Source: Vicugna vicugna
Taxonomy: Eukaryota
Assembly: GCA_013265495.1 (NCBI GenBank)
Contig: MU058531.1
Coordinates: 2,666,911-2,730,910, forward strand
DNA length: 64,000 bases
Reading direction: 5' to 3'
In this document: positions 50,877 through 64,000 of the stretch, one piece after another
How the letters are laid out: each line of letters starts with the position of its first letter
Position numbering within the stretch: position 1 is the first letter of the stretch
Position numbers and translations under genes: made by a program
The notes under the pieces: model-generated
Database searches by the model: none
Seen by the model: only the letters and a program-made list of their open reading frames with translations
Told to the model about the DNA's origin: nothing

Positions 50877-53636
50877 AGGGAGTGCCTGAGACTTGATGGG
50901 GGTGGGGGGACATATTTTATAGACCCTTGTTTGAGGAAGGTTGGGTCTCTTCCTTAGAGTGTGGGAACCAGTGCAAATTATGGACAAGGGAAAGGCCTGA
51001 TGAGAGGGATCTGGGTTTATAAAGATCACTCTGACCTTGGGGTGGAGGAAGAGGCAGGAAGAGGCAGAGGCTACGTCCAAAGTAGATTCTTCCCTCCCTC
51101 CCTCCCTCCCTTCTTTCCTTTCTCTCTTGTGGATGTATTTTTACCAACACACAGGTAGTAAGTTAATTGTTCTCTGCTTTTCCTTGGCCACTTAGGAATT
51201 TCGAAGAATGGAGCCTCTGCCCATGAACTGCCGCTTTTCTGAAGTGGTTATAAATGACCTCAGCTGCCACACCTAACTCTTATGCTTTGTCTATTCCTTA
51301 CCTTGTGAGGTGGGATTTGTTGCTCCTAATATATGGATGACAAAACTGAAGCTTAGGGCTCTGAATTAAATCCTAGGCTCTTAACCACTCTACTATAGTG
51401 ACCAGGGAGTTTTTAAAAAAACTCCCTATTAATTAAAAAAAAAAATCAACAGTGTAGTATCCAAGGAAAGATCTCTGAAAGATGAGGCCTGCTTCTCTTG
51501 CCTTCCTTTTCTCCTTTCCGTCAGCTTTTTGGGATCCTGGGAGCCACCTCCTATAAGCCTCTGCACTGGGCCACCAAGCTTTAGTTATCGCCTTTGCCTG
51601 ATGTAAGAGTCTGAGGCCTTTGGGTCCCCTTGGGGGAAAAATTATTTTACTGAAAATCACTCACTGCCCCCGACATCTTTAGCCAAGATGTTCTCATTTT
51701 CTCGGAGCCAGAATAAGCTGGCAGGGTGCTAGAGTCAACGCCGCCTGGGACCCACGTGTGCTTCCGCTGGCCGGTGAGTGATAGACGAGGCAGCAGCATC
51801 CTTCAACTCAGACTTTCTCTCGGCCTGATTTATTGCTCCCGTCTCTTGCTCTGGCTTTTTGCTAAGGTTTCCTTCCAAAATCTTCGCTGCCGATCCAGGA
51901 TTGTCCATGTGCGTTTTTGCTTTGCTACTGTTGACGGAGAGCTTTGGGCAAATGCCCTGACACCAGCCACTCCTGCCTTATCTGCAGGAGCCATCTTTAA
52001 CCTGTCAAAACCCAGGTCTATTCACAGGCTGCGAAGGGCGGCTCCTGTCCAAAGCCACTTCTGTCCCTTCCCCTGCTCCTGCCACATGGCGGCTAAGCAA
52101 CCAGTTTCAGAGGCTTGAGGACATGGCCCAGTCTCTGAATCCTGACCCAGGTCTCCTTGTACACTCTGGTCAATTGCATCAGAGATCTCTTTTGTGAAAA
52201 AATGCAATAATGTTCTCTCAAGAGAACTAGAGTAGCCATTTATTTTGGCTCCATCATATCGATTCAAGGAAATCTCTTCCCTCTTCTTTAAACTGTCCCT
52301 GGAGTCACCGGGGTTTTTGTGCTTCACCGTTTGCCCAGGGCAAAACCTCTTCCATCCAACTCCTCTGGATGGCCTTTGCCCAAGCGGGAAAGCACTCAAG
52401 CAAAATATCTTCCCCAGAATTAGTGAAAGACTTCTTTTAAGGATAGTTAATAAAAGTCAGGCATCTCTTTTGGTGTAATTTTTCATTTCAGAAGCCAAAG
52501 TATAGCTTTGCTTCTGAGATATGCAAGCAGCAGAAGGCCTGCGCAGAAGGGTTGAAGGTTTCCTCCCAGACGCCGGGAGCTCTGGAGTTCCCACTTCAAG
52601 AGAGCTTTTCTGTGTGCATGTCTGACGCTCCCTCTCTCACATAGTTCACATTTTCCTGTCATTGCAATGTCACTCCAGCTGCATTGTACGAAACCAGTAT
52701 TTTTATTTTTGACCTTTGGAATTTTTTTTTTCTCCTAGTGCCTTGAGACAGTAATGCTGGACTATGAGTCTTTGTGAAAAAAAGAAAATTCTCTTGTTTT
52801 TCCCTCAAATGCAGAGCGTCTAAGACTGGTCTCAGGATCTGCCTATATCAGCAACTGCTGCTTTAATCCCTTTTCTTAGGGTGGTGGGGAGGGCAGGTAC
52901 ATGTGGTTTGAAAGAATTTTCAAGGTGATTCGGATAAACACCATCCTGGCCCCGTTGAGACTCTCCGGTCTAAGTAGAGGCACAACTATTTGGCCCCTTT
53001 CAGTTAACTCACAGGACTTTCAGTCAAGGTTTCAAACTCTGAAATGTCAGTTGAACCACTTAATAGTTTTGTTATGGTTGAAATGGTTATATATGGGTGT
53101 CTGAATATGGCGTTATTTCAAGTTCTTCAGTTTTTCTGAGAGTTCTTTAAACTTTTGCAACATTCCTACAGTTTCTACTCCATTGGGTTTAAATTTCTTG
53201 GGATAACTTTGGCAAATTGTTAACCGTTTGAGTGTCAGGTTCTTCATCTTTAGAATGGGAGAGACATGTACCTGGCACTGCTGTGAGGACTAGAGGGGGG
53301 GATGTGTGCTGCCTAGCACTGCACCAGGAATACAGTAGGGCCCTGGATAAATGACTGCTCTAACCAGGATGATGATAGTGATATTTACCACCGAGAGTGA
53401 AACAGTTTGATTTTTCTTCTCTCTGACACATCCTGATCTCTCTGGGCAAGATAACCGGAGATTCCCTAAACTGAAAACAGGGGTGGCAATCCACTGTATA
53501 TCGAGCTTCTGCTGTGCGCCATGGTGTGGGGTTAGGTGCCTCTGCTCTTTCATCTCAGTGCTCATCTCAGTGTTCTGCGGTGAGACCGCTAGTCCCATTT
53601 TATAGATGAGCACAGTGAGTCTGAAGAGGCTGTGAA

Positions 53637-54167
53637 TGTAGCAGTCAAGGTTCTTAGTTGCAAGCAACAGATTGATGTAAGCAGAACAGGAATCTATGGA
53701 AAGGATCTCAGGGAGCCCACAGAATCACTGGGAAGGTTAAGGGACAGGCTTAGAAAACAGGGCTGGAACAGGCTCAGAGCAGATGCTCTAAGGACTACAG
53801 CCAAACCCACACTGCAGATCTGTTCACCCATACCGCTAGCCATGGACCCTGGGAGCTACCGCCATCTGGAAACTGGATATTGCTGTTACTGCTGCTGCTG
53901 CAGAAAGAATTCTTTCCTCATCTTGCTTCATGAGTCACGAGCTCCCAATTCTAAGCCTGGGGTGGTGGGGTGGGGTGGGGGTGGTATCTGCTTACTTTAG
54001 TTCAAATCGCATGCTCCCGCCCTATTGCAAAGGAGGCTGGGAAAATAAATATCTGGCTTTTAGGGAAGGAATCCTCTGTTCCAAGTCCCCTTTGGTAAGG
54101 AATTCCCCCAAACGTAGAAAGGGAATCAGACACCAGGGTAGCCACAAACCATTAAATGTCTACCGCA
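53637..54167 (-). mobile_element. Old MaLR LTR (MLT1-type) inserted in a MIR
   Basis: 'tgtagcagtcaaggttcttagttgcaagcaacag...aaatgtctaccgca'; MIR core at 53590-53636. Confidence 0.6.
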
Positions 54168-56529
54168 CTGAGAAATTGAGATTCGTTGCCAACCTAGACA
54201 TACCTGAGCCTCCCTTACTGTGACCTTCCGTGGGTTGTGTGTGTGAAGTCGTGTTTGCCTTCTTCAAGTCAGATATTTCACTGTTGTTGGCAAACCAGAC
54301 CCCAAGTTCTTTCCCTCAATAGGTATTTATTTGGTTCTGTATAAATACTGGCACTTACAATAAACAAAATACATGTTAACAGTGCCAAGAAAAACCTTGG
54401 TACCCAAATACACGAGAGAGACTGGAGGCTAGGGATTCCTGAAAGCATAGTCTTTGACACATGGGGTCATGAGATATTTGGACAGAAAGCATTCGTGAGC
54501 TAGTCTAACCCACCTCTTCACGGGTAAAGGAGAAAAGTCCGTTCAAGACACCATCAACTGTCACAGACAGATTGTCTGACTCACTAGCCTCACCCTGCCC
54601 TAGAAGCACAACCCGTAGAACACTGTGAGGGGAAAAAGCAAACTTCCTTCAAAAACAAAATCAACAGATGAAGCCAAAATTGGTACAACATTTCTGAGGG
54701 GCAATCAGATATGATGCATCAAGTACATATACTCATATAAAAATCCAATTAAGAAATATACTAAAGAAGAAATATACCACAAATGTCAATTGTGAGATTA
54801 TCTCTAGGTAGAGAGATGACAGTTGATTTTTAAATCTTATTTTTGTATTTTCGTAGGATTTCCAGAACTTTCTTCAATAAATATGTACTTGTCTTATAAA
54901 TAGAAAAATAGTATGTATTGCTCTTAAAAATTTTTTTTCAGATAATACAATCTTCAAAGAAACCAAATTGAAAAGAGTTAAACCAGTTTTCAGGGGGACA
55001 GGGCTTTTCAATCCATCCCTAGGGGCCATCTGAGTAGAGGGCAAATTAAAACCCGAAAGTTTAAAGTCAATCAGTTTGTCTTCATGGGCCCTCGATGGGG
55101 AAAACTTCAGTCATTTCCCTTGCCTGGCACTCTTGTGGTCAGAGGATGAAATCCAATCACGGGGTCAGTTGGGTTTATACATTCCATGGCAAACCAATTT
55201 GGCCATTTCTCTGCATTTCCCAAAAGTTCTCTGACTTCCTAGACAGGAATTGTGAACACAGGGAGACCTTTATGCTGGTTCCTGCAGCACATCTGGTTTA
55301 CAGCGTGCGCCAGATGGGCTCCCTTTCATCTGGGGAGAGGGGCAGGAGGGGACACAGGAGCCTCTGTAGGTCTAAAGAACTTCTCTCCTTCCCTAGTGGA
55401 GGCTCTAGTTTTTGGTGAAGTGTTTCCAGTTAAGATGTAAGTGTATCATGTTGGAGTCACAATGTCCTTTAACTTTAGGGGAATATGCTTTTTATTAGAT
55501 GCTGCCCACCTAACCTTTAGGTTTATTGCTCAGCCCCTAAATGTTTTAGACAAGCTATTGGTTGGTTTCTGATACCATCATGTACTGCATGAATATTTAT
55601 TGAGCATCTGTTCTGTACCCTGCTCTGGGAATACAGCAATGAAAATACTACAGATGTGGTTCTCTATTACTCAAGGAGCTCACTTCCACTAAGAAGAGGG
55701 CATATTGCCCTCATCTGTCCTCTTGCACTTGGGGACAGACTGCTGACTTTCTACTCTTACTAACCTCAGTCTATTATTTGGTCTATACCTAGCCTCTGAT
55801 CATACCAAACACTCCATCACCTTAGACAGACTGGGTTGGAAATAAGTCCTAGACAGTGCTCATGTGTACAAGCCCCAAAATAGTGAAAGGAAAGATACTA
55901 CTGGAGGAAGGCGAGGGACTGGGTTCATCCAGTGGCTGAGAAGAAAAGGATGAGTTGTTGACTGGCCAATACCAACATGGGGAAAGGAACAAAGGAAGAG
56001 AGGGGCTGAAATGTAGGTGCCACTGCAGCCATGTTGGGCCTTGGTGAATCCGAAGCAGGGAGACCATGTTCAATCTCTTTCCAGGAATTTTCCCAGCTGC
56101 ACCTTTGCCCACTACATTGTTCTTAAAGATTCTCCTTTTGTTCTCCATTACCTGCTGAAACTCTGGGGGAAAGGAAGTCAGACCCATCCTCCCCTTTCCT
56201 TAGTTACCACCAAACTCCTCTTTTCTCTTACACCAAAGGCCTGAATATTCTCACTGAGCACACCAGTGGAGTCTAACCAACACTCATATCACAACATAGA
56301 ACATTTCTCTTTATCTAGAAACGGAACAACCACTGAAAAGCTCACAGTTCTCTACAAGAGTTAACACTATTTACAATGACTCTGAGACTTCTCAAGAGCT
56401 TAATGTGACTCTTAATTTATTAAAGAGTGACAAAATAGTGCATTGAAAAGTTATTGGCTTAACATATTTGGTGCTATTTTTCAATTAAAAAAAAGTTAAT
56501 GTGTATATGCTTTTAGATACAGAATCTCT

Positions 56530-57011
56530 CAGGGTTCAGGCAGGAAACAAAGTTCAAATGAGGAGACTTTTGGGAAATGACCACTTATAGAAGGGTAATC
56601 AGGATTAAGGGAACCCAGGTGGGAAATCAAGGCACCAGAGATTAGCAACAGTGGGAATCTATTACCACCTCTGGGCCTGAAAGGGGAAAAAGATGAACCA
56701 GTGTTGCTGGAGAGCTGGAACCTTAGCAGAGGGAGCTGGAGGGAGCCATGGTCTCAGAGAGATGGAATCTCTAAGAGAATCAGCGTGCTAAGGCAATAGG
56801 TGCAGGGAAGAAATACACTGACCTAGTTCTCCTTCCATCTTCTCATTTCCATTGGCCAAACCCAACTGGCAGCCAGATGGTCAAAGGGAGAAGTCAAAAG
56901 GAGGCAGATGATGCAATACCTAGAGGCCAGCCTCTGGGACACAGAATAGGGTAGAATAGAGAATGGATTGGGTGAGCAGGGGTGGGTGGAATTCAGAGAA
57001 TAACCAGTACA
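56530..57011 (-). mobile_element. ERVL-class LTR relic
   Basis: 'cagggttcaggcaggaaaca...cattggccaaacccaactggcagccaga...gagaataaccagtaca'. Confidence 0.55.
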
Positions 57012-57630
57012 GGTACTAATTCTCTCTCATACCCAGAATATGGAATTACTCAGAGCATTGTTTTCCATTACTGTTGTAAATGTCATTTTATTGGTCAAAC
57101 CTCCCAAGAATTGTGGGGTTTTTTTTCCCCTCCCACAAATACTTTCTGAAAGTCATGGCTGGTTATGCCTGAAACAGTATCATTTTCATTTACTGAAAAA
57201 TATTTACTGGGTACTTAACTATGTACCAGACACTATGGGAAAGGGTCCCACATTTGCCCCTCTCCCATCATTCTCATTCATGGGGATCATTTCACCTCCC
57301 ATTTTTCAACAAAAATCCTAGTAATCCTTTCCATTTGGACCAGTATTTATATAACCACGTCTGCTTTACTTTTTTGGTAAATCTCAATTTTGTTTGACTT
57401 GATAGTCTTTCCTGGACAACTGAATCCCACATGTCTCTGAATCTAGCAGAAAGTTTACAGGGTTTTTTTTTTTTCTGGATTAGAACTTAAGTTATTGGTG
57501 GTCCTATATTTATTTTTAAATGAGACAACATGTTTGGTTCTGTGAAGAACTTTCAAAGTAAAACTTATGCTCATTAAATGTAGATAATACTTTAATAAGA
57601 AAAAAGTCCTTTTTAAGAGTATGTCTACAT

Positions 57631-57851
57631 GAGTGGCTTTCAAATTTTTTGACTGCAGCCCACAATAAAAAATACTTATTATATCCCAACCCAGTTTCAT
57701 GAAACAATACTTACTATTACCTTGTTTGAAGCATTCTATTATTTTCTGTTCTACTCAATTCTATTTCTTTTAAAAAAAATGCTGATAGTAACCTACTGAA
57801 TTGATTTTATAGTGTTTTGATGGACTGCACTCTGCAGTTTGGAGAACATTG
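57631..57851. mobile_element. Charlie4-like hAT element
   Basis: 'ctttcaaattttttgac...cccacaataaaaaatac...atgaaacaatactta...gcagtttggagaacattg'. Confidence 0.65.
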
Positions 57852-59244
57852 GCCTACATGATATCTTGAAACACTTTTTAAAATAGACCCAGCACTGGAT
57901 CTGTATTTAAAGGGTGCTTAAGATGTCTAAATGTTTATTTTTAAGCCATCATCAGATGTGCCAATCTCACCATTTTTTCTTTGATTTTAAGAGCTCCAAT
58001 CTGGTCTGATCAGTAGCTTTTACTGCTAGTTTGGCTTATGGTTGGCACTAATTAGCAACAGGGATGAACAGCTGTGGCTTTCCAAATCACCTTCGTAAAC
58101 ACAACCAGTGTTTTTTGCTTGTTTATTTTAAACTGAAGAAATCCGTTTGACTTCAGTTTCATTGCAAAGATAGTACAGATGGTCGTGGGTGAGCACCTGA
58201 CTCATTGCTGAGGGACTGGGGGAATTTAGATGGAAATGAAGTCCTCTCCCACCATGGAGACTACATGGGAGGGGGCCAGCGGGAGAAAATCATTACTGCT
58301 GTTCATCAGGCACTTACCACGTGTTAAGGACATTCTATACATTATCTCACTTGGTTCTTGTAATAATCCAGTGAGTAGGTTTTATTTTCTTCATTTTAGG
58401 GCAGAGGGAAGTATTGTTGCCATTTAGACAGGAGGATACAGAAGTTCAGAGAGCTTTCATAACTTGCTAAAGCTCGCACAGGTAGCATGTAGCAGAGTTA
58501 GAAATCAACTCTCTCTCTTACTTGCAATACTGTAACGCTTCTTTTGTCCTTGATCTGGAAAGTAGAGCAGGTAAAACAAATTCTTTTGGCTACTGGGGCA
58601 TTAGATGTAGGATTTGGAGGTGGAGGTGTGCTTCTAGTTTCTGGGTTGCTTTGAGAAAGATGCCATCCCTGTGTCCAAATTTCTTTGTTAAAATTTAGAA
58701 TTCTGGGTGTAACACAAAGAAATAATTGGAAACTAGAGGAATTAGGAATTAGAAATTGGGAATTAGAGGACAACTAATATCATTCAGCTTGATAATAAAA
58801 ACAGTGTACTTCTAGGAGCCATAATTGACTGTATTTTATCATTCATACTATGGTCTCTATGAAAATATTTTTAAAAGGCTCATCCAATTACAAAAAAACA
58901 AGTTTTTGAAATTAATTTGTGAACTGGTGAATGCATGCATTTAATGTATGCACAGTATAATTCCATATCTGGTTGCCCTCTCCCGTCCAAATGATAATGC
59001 ATTATGCATTTACATAGCTGGGGACAGAGAATTGGAAACTATGGAAATAAAGCAATATCATAGGTTTCTACTATAAAAGTTCGATTGGATACAGAAAAAA
59101 AGCGGGGAGAGGATTGCTTTAGTACCACCCAGGAAAGACTGGTGTTGGGACTTTCAGAAAGAGAGACATTGCTAGAGACTTGACAGTTTGAGAACCAAGA
59201 AAGAATCAACATGTACATTGAGGACATTGTGACTTTTAGCCAAT

Positions 59245-59319
59245 TTATAGGCTAAATAATGTTAACATCTTATAGACTAAATAATATTAATATCTTATAG
59301 GCTAAAATACTATTAACAT
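59245..59319. repeat. 25-bp minisatellite, 3 imperfect copies
   Basis: ttataggctaaataatgttaacatc / ttatagactaaataatattaatatc / ttataggctaaaatactattaacat. Confidence 0.85.
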
Positions 59320-62239
59320 GCATTGCAAAGACCTCCTTTGAAACTTTGCTTAAAAGAGCCAAAGCAACACATTTATAGCAAGATCAGAGATCAGATACAC
59401 CTTCTGGCACTTAGACTTTTTCATTTTCTTTATGTGATGTTGTTACAGTTATGTTTAAGTGCATTAACTAGAGGTTTTTAAGCCCAGTGGATATTTGTCT
59501 GTTCTATACAAACAATGGTGAAGTATTTCTCTAGGTTTTAGCTTTCCAGAACTTAAATTGTCCATGAAATAACTGTTTTGCTCATTACGTTAGCCAAAAA
59601 GAAAGCAAGGTCGATCAGTTGATGGTTATAACTTGAGATGCAAGAGTAGGGCTGCTTTTGACATGACTCTCCCCTCCCCCCCCAAATTAAACATGGATAA
59701 TCGAATTACAAAAAAAAAGACAGGAAAAAAATCACATACAATTACAAAATGTTTACATTACATAAATAATACAACTTCCAAAGTTGTGGACCCAAGAATC
59801 AAATGCTTATAGTGCCCTGGGAAGTAATATGTATCCTCAAAAATCCAGTGGCTCTGGAAACTTTTTATGTTGCTACTCAGTGAGATGCTGAAAAGACTTG
59901 TGATCAAAAGGGTCGATGCCATGCTTTTGTGCAGACACTGCTTCTGAAAATAGCACTCGTAATGACTTCCTCCTTGGTTTTTGGCTTTGAAAACAAAGAT
60001 GTTTCCATTAGAATTGACCCATTGAGGAGAAAGAGAGAAAGAGAGGAGAAAGAAAGAGGGTCGTATATAGATAGCATCCTTCCAGTGTCCAGCCCAGACT
60101 ATCTGTCTTGGGGGATGGACCGCCATGGTTCTCTCTGTAAGCTGCTGCTTGGAAACCAAGGACTAAGGAACCAACGTTATGTTCTCACCAAAGTTAATAT
60201 TAAGGATTAGGCCCCAATTCCCTGGGCAAGCCACACAGGCTGAAAGGTGGGCTCTGGATTCACTAAATAGGTTCCATTTTCTTCCCTATCCATGGTCTTG
60301 GTGCATGTGTAGGGAAAAGGACAGAAAACCAGGTTTGGGGCCAATATGAAGAAATGCTATGTAGATTCAAATGCAGGGTGATTAGAAGAGCCGACGCTCA
60401 TTAAACAGGATTTGCTGTCTTCCAACTGGACATGCACAGGAGTTGGGTTTTTAAAAAAAGTATTAACTTATTTTTTTTTCCCTTCAAGCTTAGCCAGAGA
60501 CCTCATGGAGGTCTAAACCCAAGCCAAGCTTGATCTGTTTTAATTCAACCTCTGTTGATTTATGGCTTAGCAAAAAATGTCTGAGAATTTTTTTAAGCTA
60601 AAAAAATTTTTTTTACCCTAACTTGACTCTCTCACATCTCAAATACAGCTGAAGGGATATTTCTCAGACTTTCAAAAGACAAAGCTATCTGGAGTGGAAG
60701 GGAACTCTCAAAGCTTCAAATCCCAGTAAGAAATCCTGTGATCATTTATGTACAAGTAAAAACAAATATATTGGAAGGCCATATGACACTTTAAATATGT
60801 TCATTTGATTCCTTTTGAATAGAGACAAGAGCAGAATCAACCCAAGGCCAAAGGGGAGAGGTGGGTTGGGTTGGGAGTGTTCTCGAGTTGGTACCAGCAG
60901 GAGGGACACAAAAGTCCTTTTGTTTCTTTCTTTTATCCCGTCTTCCTCTTCTACCAGCCCTCCTCCAATTCAAAAAACAAAACCACCGCCCTGCTTCCAA
61001 ACAAAAACATCTCTCATTGTCCAGACAGAAGACAATCCATGGTGGATTTTCTTCCCTATCTTGCCCTGGAATGGGTGTCGTTACACAATATGAGCAGGAA
61101 TTGGGCTAATAAGCAATAACCAACTGCAGGAGAAAACCAATATGAAGCTGCAGGCCCCTTCTAGCTCTAATGTTTTATTCATCTAACCCAGTTCACAAGG
61201 AACAGTCCTTTCCCTACCTCTGGTACCATTCAGCCTGTGCTGCATGATTTAACCATTCATTAGCTGTGGGTTTATAATTCTCACCTTCTGTGTGAGCATC
61301 CATCTTTCCCATAAGACTGTAAACTCAGTGAGAGCAGGAACTGATCCTGTATTTTGTCTCATTTCCCACAGCAGTGACCTTCAACCTCCCTCCCACGCTT
61401 TCACATGTTAGCCCAGAGACTGACAGAGTCCCTGGCGTCAAAGAACACGCAGAAGGAACAAAGGTAAAAGATATCTTTCTTCCTAATGCTGAGAAGTGAA
61501 CATATAATTGCTGATAATTGCACTGCACTCTTCCTGGGGGATCTTTGAGAATCAGGGAAGGGATAGTCTCTGCCATCATATATTTATACAGTGTGTGTTT
61601 TTCTACTAAGTGCATCTCTTCATGAAAAGATTACTGCTTATACAGCAGCTTTGCTCATGAAGGTTAATGTATGTTCAATGCTTAGATTTCCTTGGCCCAG
61701 ACCTAGAATTACTGATTTTACTTCTAATGCTTTAAATTCCTTTCATGGTTTTAAGTTTTTCAATTTCATGACTTCAATTAACTCCTCAGAGCAGCACATC
61801 TGTGCTGTGTGTTAACTTTCTTGCTCCAGACATCCTGATTGCATATCAAGTATTGATTAATGAGCAAGAAATGGTGAAAACAAGTGAAATAATGAAACAG
61901 AATCATGCTTAAGTATTAAAAAAAAAAACCAGTCCAATTCTTGAGATAACCTTTTTTTGCCAAAACGTGATGCCAGTGTTTACAAGTGAATTTATAAAGA
62001 CAAACTAGGTGACATTTATTGAGCATTTGTATTATTCCATGTACTGTGCAAAGCATTCCATAAGTATTATCTCATTTAGCCCTCAGAACAATTCTAGGAG
62101 TTGTTACTATTTACAGTTAGGCACTATTGCTGTTGTTCACTATGACTCATTTGGTCCTTACATGGGTTGATAATGTTTTCTGCGTGCTTATCTTGTACTA
62201 TGTGAAGGTTTTATAGTGTTTATCATGTGTCTCACCTGT

Positions 62240-62630
62240 GTTTGTTATATTAGTTGCTGTAAGAAAAAGGTTCCTGAGACCAGTTGCATAAAGAACAAAA
62301 ACATTTACTTCTTTCTCATGTAAAAGTCCAGGAGGCAGGTTTCTGGTTGGCTGGTGGCTACATTCTACATGGTATTTCAGGGACCTTGGTTCTTTCCATA
62401 TTTTTTCTACATCACTTCCTGGGTATGGCCTAGTGTTAAGGTATCAGACCAGTAGTGATGTATATCAGTTCTGCTTGCTTTGGAGAAAACTTAATTGGAT
62501 GGCCTCATCTAACTTCAAAGGAGGCTAGGATATGTATCTTCTAGGCAGCCAGGTGTCTAGCTATAGTTCTATCACTACGAAAAAGGGATGAGTGGAATTT
62601 ATTAAGTAGCTCACTATGTCCATTCCAGTC
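62240..62630 (-). mobile_element. Old MaLR LTR relic
   Basis: 'tagttgctgtaagaaaa...acatttacttctttctcatgtaaaagtcc...cagggaccttggttctttcca...catctaacttcaaaggaggctagg'. Confidence 0.5.
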
Positions 62631-62984
62631 TTCAATAAACAGTTAGAGAGCTAGGCCTCTGTCTTGTTCACACCTGTCCTAATTACAGGGTAAGACACCT
62701 GCCACTAAAGTAACAAATGCTTGACTCATGTGCCAGCTCTCCCTACTCTGGTGTTAGAGGCAGACATCATTAATCAATCATGAAACTCTTTCCTGATGAA
62801 CCTGGATATGCCCTCAGAATCCTTTGCAACACAGTGCCTCTGGAATTTACTAGCAGTTAGTGGGAATGGCACCAGATTTTAATCCTATTTGACCTCCCTG
62901 ATTGTAGGTATTCAAATATTGATTAAAGAGAAGAAGGAACCATAGTAGTTTACCCCTTATTTCCATGGAAACAAATATGTTGGT

Positions 62985-63422
62985 TGCTTGGGTGATTTTA
63001 AAGCATGTCTGCAAATTCTTTGACATGCCTTTCTTCAAAATGGCCCCTTGAATGTAGGCCATTGGTGACTCGCTTCTAACAAATAGAATGTGGTGCAAGG
63101 AATGTGGTGTGGTTTCTGAGACTATCATAAAAAAGATACAGCTTCCACTTGGCATTTTCTCACCTTTGAACTGCTCACTCTGGGGAAAGCCAGCTACCAT
63201 GTCACAAGGACACTCAAGCAGCTCTGTGGGCAGGTCCATGTGTAGAGGAACTAAGACCTTCAGCCAACAACCATTATCAATTTGCCAGCCACGTGACTGA
63301 GCCACCTTGTAATGGGATCCTCTGGCCCCAGTCAAGCTATAAGAGAAAATAAATGATTGTTATTGTTTTAAGGCACTAAGTTTTGGGGTAATTTATTCTG
63401 CAACAATTAATACAGACTAAAC
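62985..63422 (+). mobile_element. MaLR LTR (MLT1F/G-like)
   Basis: 'caaattctttgaca...gtgactcgcttctaacaaatagaatg...ggaaagccagctaccatgt...aaataaatgattgtt...actaagttttggggtaattt'. Confidence 0.85.
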
Positions 63423-64000
63423 TAATAGGTAAATGAAGAAAAAATGAATAAAATAATTGCCTTTTTGGAATGGAAACTTGTGGAATGTCAGGAAAGTTAA
63501 GACCAAGAGTGGCTGGACCTGAAATTAGATCATGGGAGGGATGAAGGAGGGAAGTGGTGGAGGACGCAGTTGCTGGTGTTTGATGGAAGCCAAGGCAGGA
63601 AGGTAGAGCACGACACCTGCTTCTAGATTGGAAGGCAGGGGCATTAGGGTCATCAGACAAGGGTAGGAACTCATCTTCAGGGTGGCCTGAACACGGACAG
63701 GTGGCCAAATGCGAGGAGTTGTTTACAGTATCCATAGTACCTGAGGGTCCTAATAGGGGGAACAGAGGGATGAAGATTTTATAATTACTTTTTGATTGTT
63801 GGACTGTTGTTTCAGTGACAGCAGCTCCTCTTCTGGACTAAATCATCTTTATTAGGTTATACCAAGCTGATGATGTTCAAGGAAGAATCAATAGGTTTAC
63901 AAGAAACAGAAATAGATAGTTATTCTGTGATTTTCCCAACCAGCTAGATCACAGAAGCTGCAATAGCTTGAAATTCTTCATTTTGATCCATAAGGAGACT

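Noticed and set aside
51736..51909. Minus-strand ~57-aa ORF (MDNPGSAAKILEG...)
   Set aside because: Unrecognised, closed upstream by a stop, and of a length expected by chance.
62850..63335. 161-aa minus-strand ORF
   Set aside because: Lies mostly within an MLT1F/G LTR; chance open frame.
1..64000. Prokaryote-type novel system (RT-associated, CRISPR, operon)
   Set aside because: The only reverse transcriptase is canonical LINE-1 ORF2; there are no arrays, operons or partner genes, and the sequence is eutherian non-coding DNA.

Overview
This is mammalian (eutherian) genomic DNA, most likely camelid, judged from five tRNA-Ala-derived SINE monomers of the vic-1 type. I can support no host protein-coding exon, so the window reads as intronic or intergenic, and much of it is transposon-derived. 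The only long genuine ORF is the uninterrupted 3' half of LINE-1 ORF2 (RT with YADD through the CCHC knuckle) in a young, 5'-truncated, TSD-flanked L1 at about 22.8-25.1 kb. A decayed relative lies at 35.6-36.8 kb. Also present are a CpG-rich ERV1-like solo LTR, many ancient MIR, L2, L1M, MaLR/ERVL LTR and hAT MITE relics, and short tandem duplications. The most notable non-repeat signal is a dense cluster of nuclear-receptor half-sites (perfect DR5, DR2 and DR1) at 46.2-46.9 kb, a candidate retinoic-acid/RXR enhancer. A strong CTCF motif lies at 15.4 kb, and all lineage-young retroelements are on the minus strand. I found no evidence of a novel multi-gene system. Repeat subfamily names are by-eye recognition, and boundaries of old repeats are approximate.
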